DNA of 64,000 nt from positions 72,416,001 to 72,480,000 of the forward strand of contig NC_043001.1 in NCBI RefSeq assembly GCF_006345805.1, read 5' to 3'. Positions within the stretch are counted from its first letter, which is position 1. Each line of letters opens with the position of its first letter. The notes beneath the pieces are model-generated. The model searched no databases, was not told the DNA's origin, and saw only the letters and a program-made list of their open reading frames with translations. Below, one piece after another: positions 24,515 to 38,075 of the stretch. The position numbers and the translations under genes are program-made. This stretch comes from Octopus sinensis. Taxonomy: Eukaryota.

Positions 24515-25125
24515 GGCGGCGAGCTGGCAGAAACGTTAGCACGCCGGGCAAAATGCGTAGCCGTATTTCGTCTGCCGCTACGTTCTGAGTTCAAATTCCG
24601 CCGAGGTCGACTTTGCCTTTCATCCTTTCGGGGTCGATAAATTAAGTACCAGTTACGCACTGGGGTCGATGTATACGACTTAATCCGTTTGTCTGTCCTT
24701 GTTTGCCTCCTCTGTGTTTAGTCCCTTGTGGGTAGTAAAGAAATAGGTATTTTCTCTGCCGCTACGTTATGAGTTCAAATTCCACCGAGGTCGACTTTGC
24801 CTTTCATCCTTTCGGGGTTGAATAAATAAGTATCAGTTACGCACTGGGGTCGATATAATCGACTTAATCCGTTTGTCTGCCCTTGTTTGTCCCTCTATAT
24901 TTAGCCCTTTGCGGGCAATAAAGAAATAAGAATCGTTAGCATGCTGGGCAAAATGCTTAGTAGCATTTCATCCGTCTTTACGTTCCGAGTTCAAATCTGC
25001 CGAGATTGATTTTGCCTTTCATCCTTTTGGGGATCGATAAAACAAATATCAATTCAGCACTGGGGTAGATTTTATCAACTTTCCCCCTCCCGCGAACTTG
25101 CTCGCTTTGTGCCAAAATTTGAAAA
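24515..25125 (+). mobile_element. Three tandem SINE family A units
   Basis: Head-core blocks repeat at ~24515, ~24747 and ~24930. Confidence 0.88.
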
Positions 25126-26699
25126 GGTAGAAAAGCAATAAACTTGTATTAATCATACAGCATATTTTGAATTGCAGGAATAAGCCATTTTTAATCTTCG
25201 AATCCTAGGATAAACGAAATATCTGTAAAGTACGATACCTACCAACATAGGACTTGAGAGTGTCATCGCAATGTACATCACACATACGCTGGATCTTTAA
25301 TAGAGACACACAGAGTTAGGCTTAAACTGAGCTGTGGCATGCGCATATTTGTTAGTTGTGAGTTGTGCACGGCAGGGTTAGAGGAGTCTCTGCTGATGTT
25401 AACATTTTTAGTTTTTCCTTCTTGAAATTTAATTCTTTCATCTATAATCGGGACATTCCGAGACTTCAGTTTCAAACAGAACAAATTTCCTTAACGAACG
25501 GGACACTGGGACAGACTCTTCAAACGGGAACGGATAGTAAGCCTACATCTGAGACCTTCTCATAGAAGTTATTTGTTGATGAACTGTCATACCATTTACA
25601 ATGATTATTAATCGTTGTTGAATCAGAGAAAAACCAAACCATTTGTTAGTAGTCTACAATAGGACAATTTATGTGTAGATAAAATTGTGTATGAGAAAAA
25701 CAAAATTCTATAAAGGCATTAAACTACAAGGACAGCCACAAATTAACTTTAATAATGTGTTAGTGTGTACATAATAACGTTTTTATAGAAATATGAAATA
25801 TATTTGTTACAAAGAAAACTAAATATTTTTTATATCGGCCCATTATTGAGTATGAGACTTGTGACGGTTACAAACTCGCAAATTTTTTCACTTTGTTTGC
25901 AGTGAGTTTGTGACGAACTATAATTGCCTAACGTTATAATATCAAATCGGTTGCGATATCTTCGTAGTCGGTAAGTCACTCAGCTAAAACCAGATTCTAT
26001 AAAACAAAAAGCGGAAAAAAATTAGTGTCATTTGATTCCAATTTCTCCCAGAAAAATGGAAAATTCCAATCAATTTTATAGATTACTAATACTTGAATCG
26101 AGTTTGAGCAGTCTCACTGCTTATAACTCAGTGAGCTTTTCTTCTAATTTTATGTCAACATCAGCTGTATTTCCGCCACACGTATTCACCACCCAACATG
26201 GAATAATCATCTCTGATAAATCGCAAAATCAAACTTTCATATTACGCTATAAATGCTTAAAAATACTCAACATACACGGAAAGATTATGATTTCACAGTT
26301 CAGTGTCAGTGGTAGCCAGAGTGGGTTAAATTTACTAACCGGCGTTGTGTATTAACTCGGAATAACTACAGTTTCACCATGAATGCAGTAAAAGCTTTTG
26401 TGCAAGAAGATTGCAGATTTCTCTTTGTGATTTTTTACTTTGCTAATTAAGCATGTCAAATACTGAGTGCAGCAAAAAATCTCCCAGATTTACCGTTTTT
26501 GATCATTTTAACAAGAAACACACGATATACACATATCTAAAACCATGATAGCAACTGACAAAATAAGCAAAAACAAACGTTAAAACGTTAGGTACATGAT
26601 GATACTGTTACCGTCCGCCTAATTTCAGTAGCAACAGGGTGCGGTTGAAAAAAACTGTGGTAGGTCTTTTTGCTGTACCCTGTATATCTGAGAGAGGCC

Positions 26700-27600
26700 A
26701 AATTATTTACTATTAAGAATATCACAATACACAAAAATACCACAAAAAGTGAGGGAAAGAGTTAACTTTTTGTAGACTTGGTAAGTCGCATAAGTAGGGG
26801 TTAAGATATTTTATCACTTTTTTCAGAAAGTTCTCGATAAAAACGACCGTGAAGTGTATTTCATTAGATATGGTTGACTGCTTTTCTTTTTAACTTTTAT
26901 TACAATAACAGAGCTATCTTGTAGACAGCAGACCACACAGTACATGCAAAATACAAGACAACAATTTTAAAACTAAATGCTGAACTCCTTGTATTTGCTT
27001 ACAATAGCAGGAACACCATTTGTTGCACAAGTTATTATGTTTCTGAATGGAATATTGTATCCCTTAAAATAAATTTCAACTTCTTTAAAATGTCTTACTT
27101 TTTGTGTCAGTTGTAAGCCTTCCACAATGACAAAAAATGCTTGTCTTCTTTGAGTTAATTATTATCCCCAAAACCTTATGTATGTCATCAAAGAAACTTC
27201 AATTATCAGCAGAAAGATGAACCATCAATTTACATAGTAAACTGCTTTGCTAGTAATCCCCCAACAAATATTTCTCACCCCGTCAGTTATTTCTTCAATG
27301 CATCTCGATACGAAAAGAAATGCTCAAAGACATAGCCTTGGTAATCTCTTGTGCATTGTTTGATGACAGTAAAATTACAACAAAAACCACTGGCAAAATT
27401 GAAGCTACCTCTCCGTTTTGTGGTTTGCAAACTTTTGCAATTACACACATACGTACCTTCATGTGTGTGTATGCTTCAACGTAGTCAGAGTACGGTAAAC
27501 TATTGCCTGTGCATACCCTATATCGGCAATGATGTAATGGGAGTCATGATCAGTGAGGCTAATATGGCCAATATTTCATTACACTGATCCTATAATTCTA
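26700..27600 (-). mobile_element. Possible highly decayed Tc1-like transposase remnant
   Basis: Minus-strand translation with stops, IVYRTLTTLK...LQKF...R*LQFCQWF, resembles the region preceding the first catalytic D. No clear termini. Confidence 0.3.
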
Positions 27601-27837
27601 ATACCATCCATCACAATCTGCAACACAAAGAAAAAATCAAATAAAACTCAAAACAAAGTTGATGGCAAGAACGCCAAATCTTCAAAGCTACTATCATTTT
27701 TTTCCTTTTAAAAATAAGTATAGCACATACTACTGAGTCGGGCATCCAGGGGGGAATATATACTCCACAGATTTAAGGAAACTTCAACCCAATGTTTGGA
27801 TGTTTTTATTTTAAACTTTACAAAAAAATCAGATAAT

Positions 27838-28107
27838 ATATTCTGTTGTGTCTAGGGGAGTCATTCTCTTTTGGTGCCATATAACTTAACACACTCACCG
27901 GTAAAATTTCCACTTGTTTCTTTTTTATTTTTCTAAAATTTTCGTTGCGTCTTGCAACCTTTTCAATAGTTTTGACTCTCGAAAAGGTTGCAAGACACAA
28001 CGAAAATTTTAGAAAAATAAAAAAGAAATAGTGGAAATTTTACCGGTGAGTGTGTTAAATTATAAGGCACCAGAAGAGAATGACTCTCCCCAGACACAAC
28101 AGAATAT
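27838..28107. repeat. Near-perfect palindrome: 127-bp arms with a 16-bp spacer
   Basis: 27838-27964 is the reverse complement of 27981-28107 with a handful of mismatches. Confidence 0.92.
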
Positions 28108-28263
28108 GCTTCAACACACGAACTCACATAAAGAATCTTGCAAACCAAATCCAACAACGAAATCAGATAATATATATATATATACACACATGTTTGTATG
28201 TATAGACGCATACATACATACATATATATATGCATGCATATACACACACATATGAATGTATGC

Positions 28264-28304
<41 letters not shown>

Positions 28305-28669
28305 CACACACACACACATTCTTTTAATTTACTAAAGAGAATTGAGAATTTCCGTATTGTCTTTGATGACAGATGTTTAGATATACTTTTTTAGAGACCT
28401 GTCATTGTGGAATGCTTCTTGCTTCTAGCTGACAATAATCCATCCCACGAGATGACAAATGGAATGAGTTTTATTTTATAGTTACATAAACTTTTTCAAT
28501 AATCATCCAATTGCATATATTTTTGAATTTGATGTTTTCCGAGTTTATCAATATCAAAAATTCTAAAAGAGTATGTAATTTGCTCGAAGCATTGCAACAT
28601 GTATAAATAATATGAATGTTCAAAGATAAAGGAAAGAAAATCTTTGAGTAATGCAGGTGAGAAGTAAAG

Positions 28670-28751
<82 letters not shown>

Positions 28752-29155
28752 TGGTGTGAATAAATGAATAGAAAGGGAAAATATATTATATCACTTTACA
28801 CAGGTTGATTCTATAATATTTGAAGAAAGATTCTCCTCATCATTTATAAGAATTATAGTCCCTTATATTTCAAGAGTTTCGGAGAAAAGTGTTGTTACCA
28901 ACTGGCCATTTATCTAATAACTAACTATATCTTGATTCGCATAATTGATCTCTAAAATTAATAAGTTACACGTTCACCGTAGTATTTAATGTTGAAATAA
29001 GAATAAAATAATTACAACTATATCTTAAAGTAGAAAAAATAGAGAGTAAACAATTCAAGAAAAACGGAAGTTAGCGGCTGACTTTACGATGACATTTGTC
29101 CAAATGTCTTCGCAAAAATTGTTAAGTGTTATCATTTTTTTTATGTTAGTAAACG

Positions 29156-29380
29156 CGACGAGCTGGCAGAATCGTTAGCACGCGAGGCGATATGCTTAGC
29201 AGTATTTCATCTGTCGTTCTGAGTTCAAGTTCTGCCGAGGTCGACTTTACCTTTCGGGGCCGATGAAATAAGTACCAGTTGAACACTGGGGTCGAGGAAA
29301 TATGTACAAGTTGAACACTGGGGTAGATGTAATCGACTAGCCCCCTCCCCCAAATTTCAGGCCTTGTGCCTATTGTAGAA
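29156..29380 (+). mobile_element. SINE family A with target-site duplication
   Basis: Head and core present. tttttatgttagt occurs on both sides. Confidence 0.85.
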
Positions 29381-29789
29381 TTATTTTTATGTTAGTTAAC
29401 CTACTATGGTTAATAAATATACATACATACATACATACATACATACATAATGTACGCATAATTCAGGTGACGGTATATGCTAACATTATAGAAACAGAGA
29501 CAGTGACGTTTTAAATTTCATGTTAGCAATATTACAGTGGTGAACATAGTCGTCTTGGATTCTCATGTATCACATTTAAGGTAGCCTCGTCTTTTAATAA
29601 CTTTCCAAACATTCCTTTAACTTAGTAGTTATTTTTTTTCTTTCTGTGTAGAGAAGACACAAGAAGTATCTGCTGTGTCAACCAAGCAGAGATCACGACT
29701 TAAGTCTGTATTTCAGTGAACAAAAATAACGTATATTGAATGCTAAATTCGATGTAGTTTTCAGGTATCTCTTTCTTCCTCCTCCTTCT

Positions 29790-29829
29790 TCTCTCTCCCT
29801 CTCTCTCTCTCTCCACACACACACACACA

Positions 29830-29861
<32 letters not shown>

Positions 29862-29990
29862 ACATACCTACATATATATATATATTTGCATGTAAGTATA
29901 TATATATGTGTGTGTATATATCGTATATATATGCATATATATATATCCGATATATATATGTATGTATATATATATATGTATATATATATG

Positions 29991-30037
<47 letters not shown>

Positions 30038-30300
30038 CATAGATATATATATTATATACACACATGAAATTTTATACACACACACGAAATGTATACATAC
30101 AAATATACATATATTGCGAACATGCATACATAAATGCACACGCAGACACACAACGCATCCACACGCATGTCTCACACATACACACACGCACATACAGTCA
30201 CATACACACGCGCGCACGCACACATACACACACGCATGGACACACTCACATACACACGCACACGCACACACGCACACACACATACCCTTGCGCGCGCGCG
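29790..30300. repeat. Compound (CT)/(CA)/(TA) microsatellite
   Basis: Read directly from the sequence. Confidence 0.95.
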
Positions 30301-30954
30301 TAAAAGATTTCCTGAAAAGAATTCTTTAAAAGCTATTTTTTCTCGAAATAGAGTATCTGAAAACTGATAGATTAGTTAAGTTAAATATAAATCAAAAACG
30401 AAATTTTGTTTAAATTCACCTCAGATTCTGGCTTCTTAATATATAAAATATATACATTTTAACATTTTTCTCTCAAAAATCGTATAGAAACAATTATTTT
30501 TAGTTCAATTTAGTCATGATTAAGCCAGAAACTGAAGTACAGTGCCGAGAAGTTTTTGTAGGGTTTCAGACACTTGTAAATGTAAATGGGGGTGAATCAT
30601 AAACCATTGGTTATTGTAGAAGTTATTTTATCTCCATGCTAGTCTGAGTGCAGTCTGCTAAGAGTACCCCAGGACAAAGATGTTGTGTTAGACCGAGTAA
30701 TGGATTAAATATAATTACAAAAACAGACAGATATGACCTAACAGGTCTACACACAGTTTCCGGCTCCAAAAGTTTACACAAAGGATTTCGGTGAAGCTAA
30801 GGTTGTGACAGGAGACAAAAAAGTCGTGAGAGCACCGAACAGAATGTCTTGCAGTGTTCTTGTGGTCTAGGAGCGAAATTCGCTTTTAGGCACAATTTTA
30901 CTTTTCATCCTTTCTGGGTTGGTAAATAAAGTAGCAGTCCTGTACTGGTGAGAC

Positions 30955-31200
30955 GAGTCTCGTCACCGTCGTTGTCGTCGTCGTCCTCCTCCTCTTTCTG
31001 CTGCTGCTCCTCCCCCTCCTCTTCTTTCTGCTTCTCCTCCAACTCTTCCCTCCCCTCCTCCTCTTTCTGCTTCTCCTCTTCCTCCTCCTCCTCCCCTCGT
31101 CTTCCTTTTCCACGTTCTCGGCCTCCTCTTCCTCCTTCTCGTCCTTTTCTTGTCATCTTCCTCCGCCTCTTCCTCCTTCTCGTCCTCTTCACCCCTAGTT

Positions 31201-31232
<32 letters not shown>

Positions 31233-31310
31233 CCATCGCCGCCACCACCATCACCACCACCACCACCACCACCACCGTCACCGTCGTCGTCGTCATCATC
31301 ATCATCCCTG
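30955..31310. repeat. Low-complexity trinucleotide tract (TCC/CTT/CAT/CAC)
   Basis: Read directly from the sequence. Confidence 0.9.
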
Positions 31311-32389
31311 GAGAGCGAGCGATATGAGATGTTCAATTCATGCCGTGACGGCGCCTGTACGATTCCTTCAGGAGTTGAAGCACTCGTAAATAAAGATTTC
31401 CCTAAGATGTTCGACAGCGTGATCGAACCTGAAACTATTTCATTATTGCATTTTGAAATTTTTTTCGGTCACAGTCTAACCAAAAATAGGGTTGACTACG
31501 TCATTAATTATTTCCTACAACAACCCCTAACTGCTCTGAACGAACAAAATGCCTATAACCTCGACCCCACCATCGATCCGAGCCCATCCACCCTTTAATT
31601 CTTTCATGTGTCTTACACTTCAAAACCGTGGGTGGTACGGTTCACATCAGTGGTTCTAAACCAATTTTTTGTAGGGTCCGTTTCTAAGTAGTTATACCCT
31701 GCGCCCATCTAATGATGAGTGAGATATCAGGACTAAATTAACTTATCATGGATAATTTTGTTCAAAAATTAGTTTGTATAAGCTTTTAACTGTGAAATGA
31801 GAAAAAAAAAAACTAAGAAAGACAAAAATTGTAAATTTACTTTATACATTGCAAGTAGCTTCTATGTGCCTGATGAGATCAAGCTAAATTTTCTATAACA
31901 AGTTGAGCAACAGTGTAGATTTTACGCAATTTCTCGACCTGCTAGAAATAGCAGCACACTACTTATCTTTCATTTTATTTTAATAACCCTTACTAGTCTT
32001 ATCATGTATAATATAATATAATTACTACTATAGATAAAATTCAGTGTTAATTATATTACTTCACCGCTCCCTTCATCGCCTCCTCACGTTGAAAACCTCT
32101 GATCTACATGGTCTCTTAATCATCTAGAATAACGTTCCAGCCTAGACCATCACGTAAGTTTTTTCTTTTCAAATATAGTGTTATTTGGATTACCATATTC
32201 ATAATATACAATATATCCTACTTTTCTTTTTAAGCGGCAAGGCATGATTTTGAGAAAAGATTTGACTGTTATTTTTTGAAGTAGGTCGAACGAGCATGTT
32301 AGGTTCGGCCAGTTCTTAAAATATATTCTGGAAAGTTAGATTCTATTTCTACACCTAATTATCACGTGACTAAAATACTAGTCTCAAAC

Positions 32390-32800
32390 TTTGTCACAAG
32401 GCCAGTAATTAAAAGGAAAGAGCTAAGTCGATTACATTGCTCAGCTGGTACTTATTTCATCGACCCTGAAAGGATGAAAGATAAAGTCGACCTCAGCGGA
32501 ATTTGAACTCAGAACATAAAGTCGGAAGAAATGCTGCTAAGCGATAACGATTCTCCTAGCTCACCGCCTTTTACCTGACTGAAATATTGGTTTCAAATTT
32601 TGGCATAAGACCAGCAATTTAGAGGTGGGGTGAAGTCGATTACATCGATCCCAGTGCTCAACTAGTACTTATTTTATCGACCCCGAAGGATGAAAGGCAA
32701 AGTCGACATCAGCAGATTTGAAATCAGAATGTAAAGACGGACGAAGTGCCGCTAAGCATTTTACCCGGTGTGCTAACGATTCTGCCAGCTTGCTGCCTTA
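32390..32800 (-). mobile_element. Two adjacent SINE family A copies
   Basis: Two reverse-complement head+core blocks at ~32390-32570 and ~32585-32800. Confidence 0.85.
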
Positions 32801-33934
32801 TACAGAGCTGAAATATTAAGATAGTATCAATAGATTCTAATAATGGTGTTTAAAACTTAGTAGGACATGTACCCACCACCACCATCATGAGCAGCAGTAT
32901 CAGCAGCAACAACATCGTGGTCATCGTCGTAGTACCATCCACCACCGCAATCATCACCAGCACCAAGACCACCGCCGCCAACATCAGCCCTCACCACGGC
33001 ACCGTCGCACCGTCTTTACAATAAAATATGTGTAAATTTTCTTGAGGTTCGCTTTCGGTGTTGGTTTCTGTTGAATATATTTGTCTCTCTGGAGGACTTA
33101 CGATTCACCATGCTGAAAATGAGCTGTCAGGAAAAGAAGGAGCAGTTTCATTGATCGTGAAGCTTAAAGAAATATTATTGGCGAAAAAGACCGATTAATT
33201 CTGAAAAAAAGAAAAAAAAAAGAAGTCTGTTCGCAGTTAGTAAGTTTATTTGTACAGACCAATTTTATCTCTATGCCGTACCTAGCAAGAGGCCGGTTGA
33301 TAGAGTGGTGGAAGAGCTGTACACCATATATTGTGGTGTGCGTACAACTCTCTCTCACCATCTGAGTTCAAATCTCACCGAGGTCATCTTTAATTTTTAT
33401 CTTTTCGGGAGTCAGTTAATAAGGAACCAATCAAGGTTGGTGAACTGATAGAATTGCTAGGGTGTCTGACAAAGTGTCTCGTGGTACATTTTCTGGTAAG
33501 TACTGATGGTTTGAGCTAACACTATAAACCACTGGAGTACCACGTTTAACCTGCAAATTGGCCAGTGTGAAGAGGTAGGCATTGGAACCAACAAAAATAA
33601 GCTGGCAACGGTGTGTTGAGGCTTTCATCCATTACTCGGTTAACAGTTAGTGAATGGAAATGAGGACAAAGTAAATCACAGAATACCTGTTAAGAATGCA
33701 CATGTCAGTGGAATACTATGCCGCTTATACGTTAATTCAAGGACAGGTAATTCAGCTGATCGAACTACTGAATCTTCGTCGTCGAACGACGGAGATCCAC
33801 AAAAAGACCTTACATACATGTGGATTTTTTTAGCGGAAGAACAAAATGTGGTTCTTTTTTCAAGATAGCTTGTAGATAACACAAATTCACCAGAATAACC
33901 TGGGTTTTGAGAACGTAAAAACGCCAGAAGGAAT

Positions 33935-34380
33935 TTAATCCAACGCCTTCGTAACTGCGCCGCTGGGCTGGTATTTAATTTTAACTACTTCAAAAAGGGA
34001 GACGGTAAAGTTGACGTCGGTGTGATTTGAACTAAAAACTACGGAACCAGAACAAGTAGCACTAAACATTTTCCCGACGCTCTTACGATTTTGACAAGCC
34101 ACTGTCATTGGTTGGTATTTTATTTGACCAACTCCGGAAGGTAGAAAAGTAAAGTTGACATCGGCAGGATCTGAGTTCAGACCGTAAAGATCTGGAACAA
34201 ATATCACAATGTATTTTGTCCAACGCCTTAATAATTCCGCCAATCCACTACTCTGAGTTAGTGTTATATTTTATCGACCCAGAAAGGGTAAAAGACAGAG
34301 TTGACGTCGGCAGGATTTGAGCTCAGAACGTTATATCACACTGCATTTTGTCGGACGCTCTACTGTTTTTGCCAAACTAC
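33935..34380 (-). mobile_element. Three decayed tandem SINE family A units
   Basis: Repeated aaagttgac(a/g)tcgg..gatttga..tcaga blocks. Confidence 0.7.
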
Positions 34381-34789
34381 CGCATCAACAGACGACATAT
34401 AGTGGAGATTCAATGATCTCTATTGCTGGTATGTAATAGTTATTCCCACTTAAATGTGGATGTTCTGCTAAAACAAATTGTACTGCGGTAGATTCCATGA
34501 AACTAATATTGGCTTTTGGTGCAAAATCTACTCTTGTTTATATCACCAGTGGGGAGATATTGCTGTTATGTTTTCGTTGTTGCTGTTGCTTTGTTTTATA
34601 TGAGCTGTTCTTAGTGTCACCCACAGATCTTGAAGAAACGGCAAATTTGATGATTTACTGTTGGTGTCATTTATGAATGGCAAAGATATATTGCAAGGAA
34701 AGGAGACCAAATACAGAGAATTAAGATTCAGGGAAAGGTTTGATGGAATAATTGCGATTTTGAAAGATTTTAAAAAGATTCAAACGCTT

Positions 34790-35712
34790 GCAACCCTTCT
34801 GCTCATGTGGCAGGACTCTATTTTTTCCCAGATGTCCGTACATTGACTCTGTGAGTATTCCAGTCAATAACTTCCACGAAAATGGCAAACAGGATATCGG
34901 CCTGTATTGTCTACTGTATTGCATTTTTAAGCACGGCACTATCCTACCCAATGTCAACCACTCTGGTGTTACTTGGTCGGCATTTAACAAAGTGTTGAGT
35001 TGCACAGCTATTCGTGCATGGAATTCACCAAATCTTTTGATCCAGTAGCTTTGAACTCCATCTGGTCCCGGGGCCTTCCAGTTGCTCATCTTTTTGCTGA
35101 TTTACTTCACTTCCCTAACTGAAATGACTAGTTCTGCCTGTTTTGGACAGACTACTGTTTGTTTTAGTTCTTGAAACCATTCAGCATCCTTCTTGTGCTC
35201 CTTGTCTTTGCTCTAGATGTCACTGCAAAACCTTTGACTTTCATTGTTATCTGGTATCAACTTTTCATCTGTTCACTCTCCATTTTTTTCTTTGCAGAAT
35301 CTCTTCTGATCTACTCTGAATAATCTATTCTGGTGGTAACCCTTCATTCTTTGGTCGTATCTTACCATCTTTGCTTTCTTTGCAAAGAGGTGCTGTTTCA
35401 GTTCCTCCATCACCACATTAGGCCCTTTCTTTCAATATTACACTTCCTTTTCAGCGCCCTGTATTTTTGTTCGCTTTTAAGCTCCCCTTTCTCTTTTCAG
35501 TCTAACATAGAGATTTCCTTCGAGAGCATGTCTAACCCTACCTGTATTCTTCTTTTCCACTATGGGTCTTTTCTTTTGTCACTCCCATTATGTTTCTTTT
35601 TCGTGACATCAACACCCTAGTTTTCTGCTACAACAATACTTGCTGCCTTGATCAAATTATTTGTTTCTGTGATGTTGTTTGTTCTGATGTATTTCAGAAT
35701 TTCATTGACATT
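34790..35712 (-). mobile_element. Internal fragment of an R4/Dong-like RLE LINE (pre-RT and start of RT)
   Basis: VNEILKYIRTNNITETNNLIKAAS..., then MSNWKAPGPDGVQSYWIK...YRPISCLPFSWKLLTGIL...EQKGCKR. Confidence 0.8.
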
Positions 35713-36930
35713 GTTCGTTTCTTGGTTTTGCAGTGCACTTTTACGTGTCCAATTTTTCCACAACGGAAATATTTTGATTTCTTAAATGAACAGTTTTTCC
35801 TCAGGTGTAGACCTCCACATGTAAAACATGGGTTTGTTTCCTAATTCTTGTCCTGTTTGTATTGTATTTTAGTAAACATTTGATTTCTATTCTGCCCATT
35901 TTGCTTTCGTTTCACTTGAGAGCAATCTTTATGTTCGATTTTCTTTGTGTCGTGCCTTAAATTTACTATTCTTTCACACTCTTCTGCACTTGTTGTAAGG
36001 TTACGAGTTGGTTTTGTTCCAGTTTAGCGAGAATTCTTGTTCTTACTTCTGAGCCTTTCTCTACAGTTAATATCAAGCACTTGAACGTATCTGGCGTTAA
36101 TTCGTCCAGCTTGAACTTCTCACTCCCTGCATATGTAATGTAGTCCTCCTCGTTGTTCTCTTCTTGGTTCAAACATTTCCAGCGTGTATTGAACAACGAA
36201 ATTTCTAGCTAATAATCACACACAATATGTTTATTGTATCTTTAAAGTTTATGTGAGAAGGCTTTTTCGGGAGTATGTAATTTCTGTAACACTCATGTTC
36301 TCCTACTGCCAGTTTTCTTAGGATTAAACACGTTTTCATATCGTCGTCCCAATCTTTGCATTCTTTATTGAAGATTTGTTCGTATCTTCTATAGTAAGCC
36401 TTGAAGGTAACTCCTTCGTCTGGTTTATACTTAAATTCTGTTATCGAGTTCGCAACATAATCTGGCAAGAACATTTTTTTCAACATTTCCTGACTACTTA
36501 CTCTTCATTAATTGCAGTATTTGTTGCTGTAATAGTAAATGTTGTTGTTATTGTTGCTGCTTCTGCTGCTGTTCTTGCAGTTGTAACTACTGCTGCTGTT
36601 ATCCTTTCAGTTGCTGTTGTTACTGTTTTTGCAACTCGAGCAAACCGACCCACAATTTTTACGATTTTTTCCCATGAAATTCTCACAAAAAACTTTTGTC
36701 GGTTTGTTAATTCCTCGTCATCACTGTTGTAATCCTTAATGTCGGATTGTATTAACGCCCACTCTGGTATAGCAGTATAGTTAGTAAGACAAGGAAGACC
36801 ACGACTATCTATGACCGTCTACTTCGTACTCTCTACCGACACTGACCGATGTCAACTTATTTATAGCGACTAGCACATACCATACGTCATGTGGGTGGTG
36901 TGTACCTTTATTACTATTATCCCCATAACA
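35713..36930 (-). mobile_element. Ty3/Gypsy-like LTR retrotransposon 5' fragment (LTR, PBS-like site, decayed gag)
   Basis: TG...CA LTR candidate, then GTGATGACGAGG (PBS-like), Q-rich N-terminus, FKYKPDEGVTFKAYYRRYE gag motif and zinc knuckles PCFTCGGLH...CGKIGH...C. No pol. Confidence 0.78.
36725..36930 (-). repeat. Candidate 5' LTR (~206 bp)
   Basis: Minus strand starts TGTTATG and ends TACAACA directly before the PBS-like motif. Internal TATAAA present. Confidence 0.6.
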
Positions 36931-36937
36931 ACTATTA

Positions 36938-36995
<58 letters not shown>

Positions 36996-37683
36996 GTTTT
37001 TTCCTTCTTTCTTCAAATTTTCTTCCGTTTCTCGCCGAGTGTTTTCCATACACCCAGGGCAGAGAAGGGCATTGTATGCATTCCCAGATTACACGCGCAA
37101 ATTCAGAGATAACATATGTATTTAAAAATTAATAAATAAATAAATTCATGGATGGATGTTATTTTCACAGCGATAGTACTCTTCTCAGTACATGAGCCGT
37201 TCCAGTTAATACGATTTTTTGCACTTCCTGTAGGGATGGTAAGCCTGGAATCATTTTCAAATAGGTTTCAGTACCTTTTTTTATCATTCCTAGAGATCCT
37301 ACAATCACTGGTACTGTAGTCGCCTTGAGATGCCACATTTTTTCAATTTCCATTAGCAGGTCTTTATATTTACTAATCTTGTCAAATTCTTTCGCCGCTA
37401 TATTGTGATCACAAGGAATACTCATGTCAATTAATAAACACATCCTTTTTGTCTGATCTTTTATAATGGTATCCGGTTTATTGGCTTTTATAGTCCTGTC
37501 GGTCTGCACGGGTAAGTCCCATAGAATCGGCACATTTTCTCCCTCAGTCACAGCTTCAGGATGATGTTTATACCATCTGTCAGCGGTTTTGATTTTATAA
37601 TGCCGACATATTGTCCAGTGTAAATACTGGTCGACTCTGTCATGTCTTGCTTTATATTCTGCAGGTGCTAAGACTCTACACCC
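36996..37683 (-). mobile_element. 5'-truncated R4/Dong-like LINE (restriction-like endonuclease domain + 3' UTR) inserted in (TAA)n
   Basis: Open frame ...YKARHDRV...WDLPVQTD...NKPD...LIDMSIP...KISKYKDL...PVIVGSLG...RRVLSL* ending at 37165. (ATT)n at ~36933-36995 and 37684-37744. Confidence 0.9.
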
Positions 37684-37744
<61 letters not shown>

Positions 37745-37746
<2 letters not shown>

Positions 37747-38075
37747 AGCAGCGTGTTTGCAGCATCGGACCTGAGATAAGATCAAATTCCGCCAAAATCG
37801 ACTATGCCTTTCAACTTATCGGGTCGATAAAATAAAGTATTAGTCAATTATAGGAGTCAACGTAATCAACTAATACCCTTCTCCTAAAAATTGCTGGCCT
37901 TGTACCGAAATATGAAACTCTTAAGGTGACGAGATGGCAAAATTATTAGCGCGTTCGGGCAAAATGCTTCGCAGTATTTCTTCCGGCTCTTTACATTCCG
38001 AACTGAAATTCCGACGAAGTTGAATTTGCTGTAATCGACTAATCCTCTTCCTTTGTGCTTATGGTAGGAAGAATT
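37745..38075 (+). mobile_element. Two decayed SINE family A copies
   Basis: Core and head motifs at ~37745 and ~37924. Confidence 0.7.

Noticed and set aside
25278-25565. Short ORFs and a possible GTAAGC donor suggesting a host exon
   Set aside because: No recognisable protein similarity or convincing acceptor. Needs transcript data.
30898-31598. Poly-S/P/H/E ORFs including a 216-aa frame
   Set aside because: Trinucleotide low complexity. The distal part contains decayed SINE-like motifs and no recognisable domain.
31865-31960. CTGATGAG followed distantly by GAAA
   Set aside because: No stem II pairing next to GAAA and no UH triplet, so it is not a hammerhead.
33650-33882. 72-aa ORF in non-repetitive sequence
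   Set aside because: Short, uses a non-ATG-supported context and has no recognisable motif.
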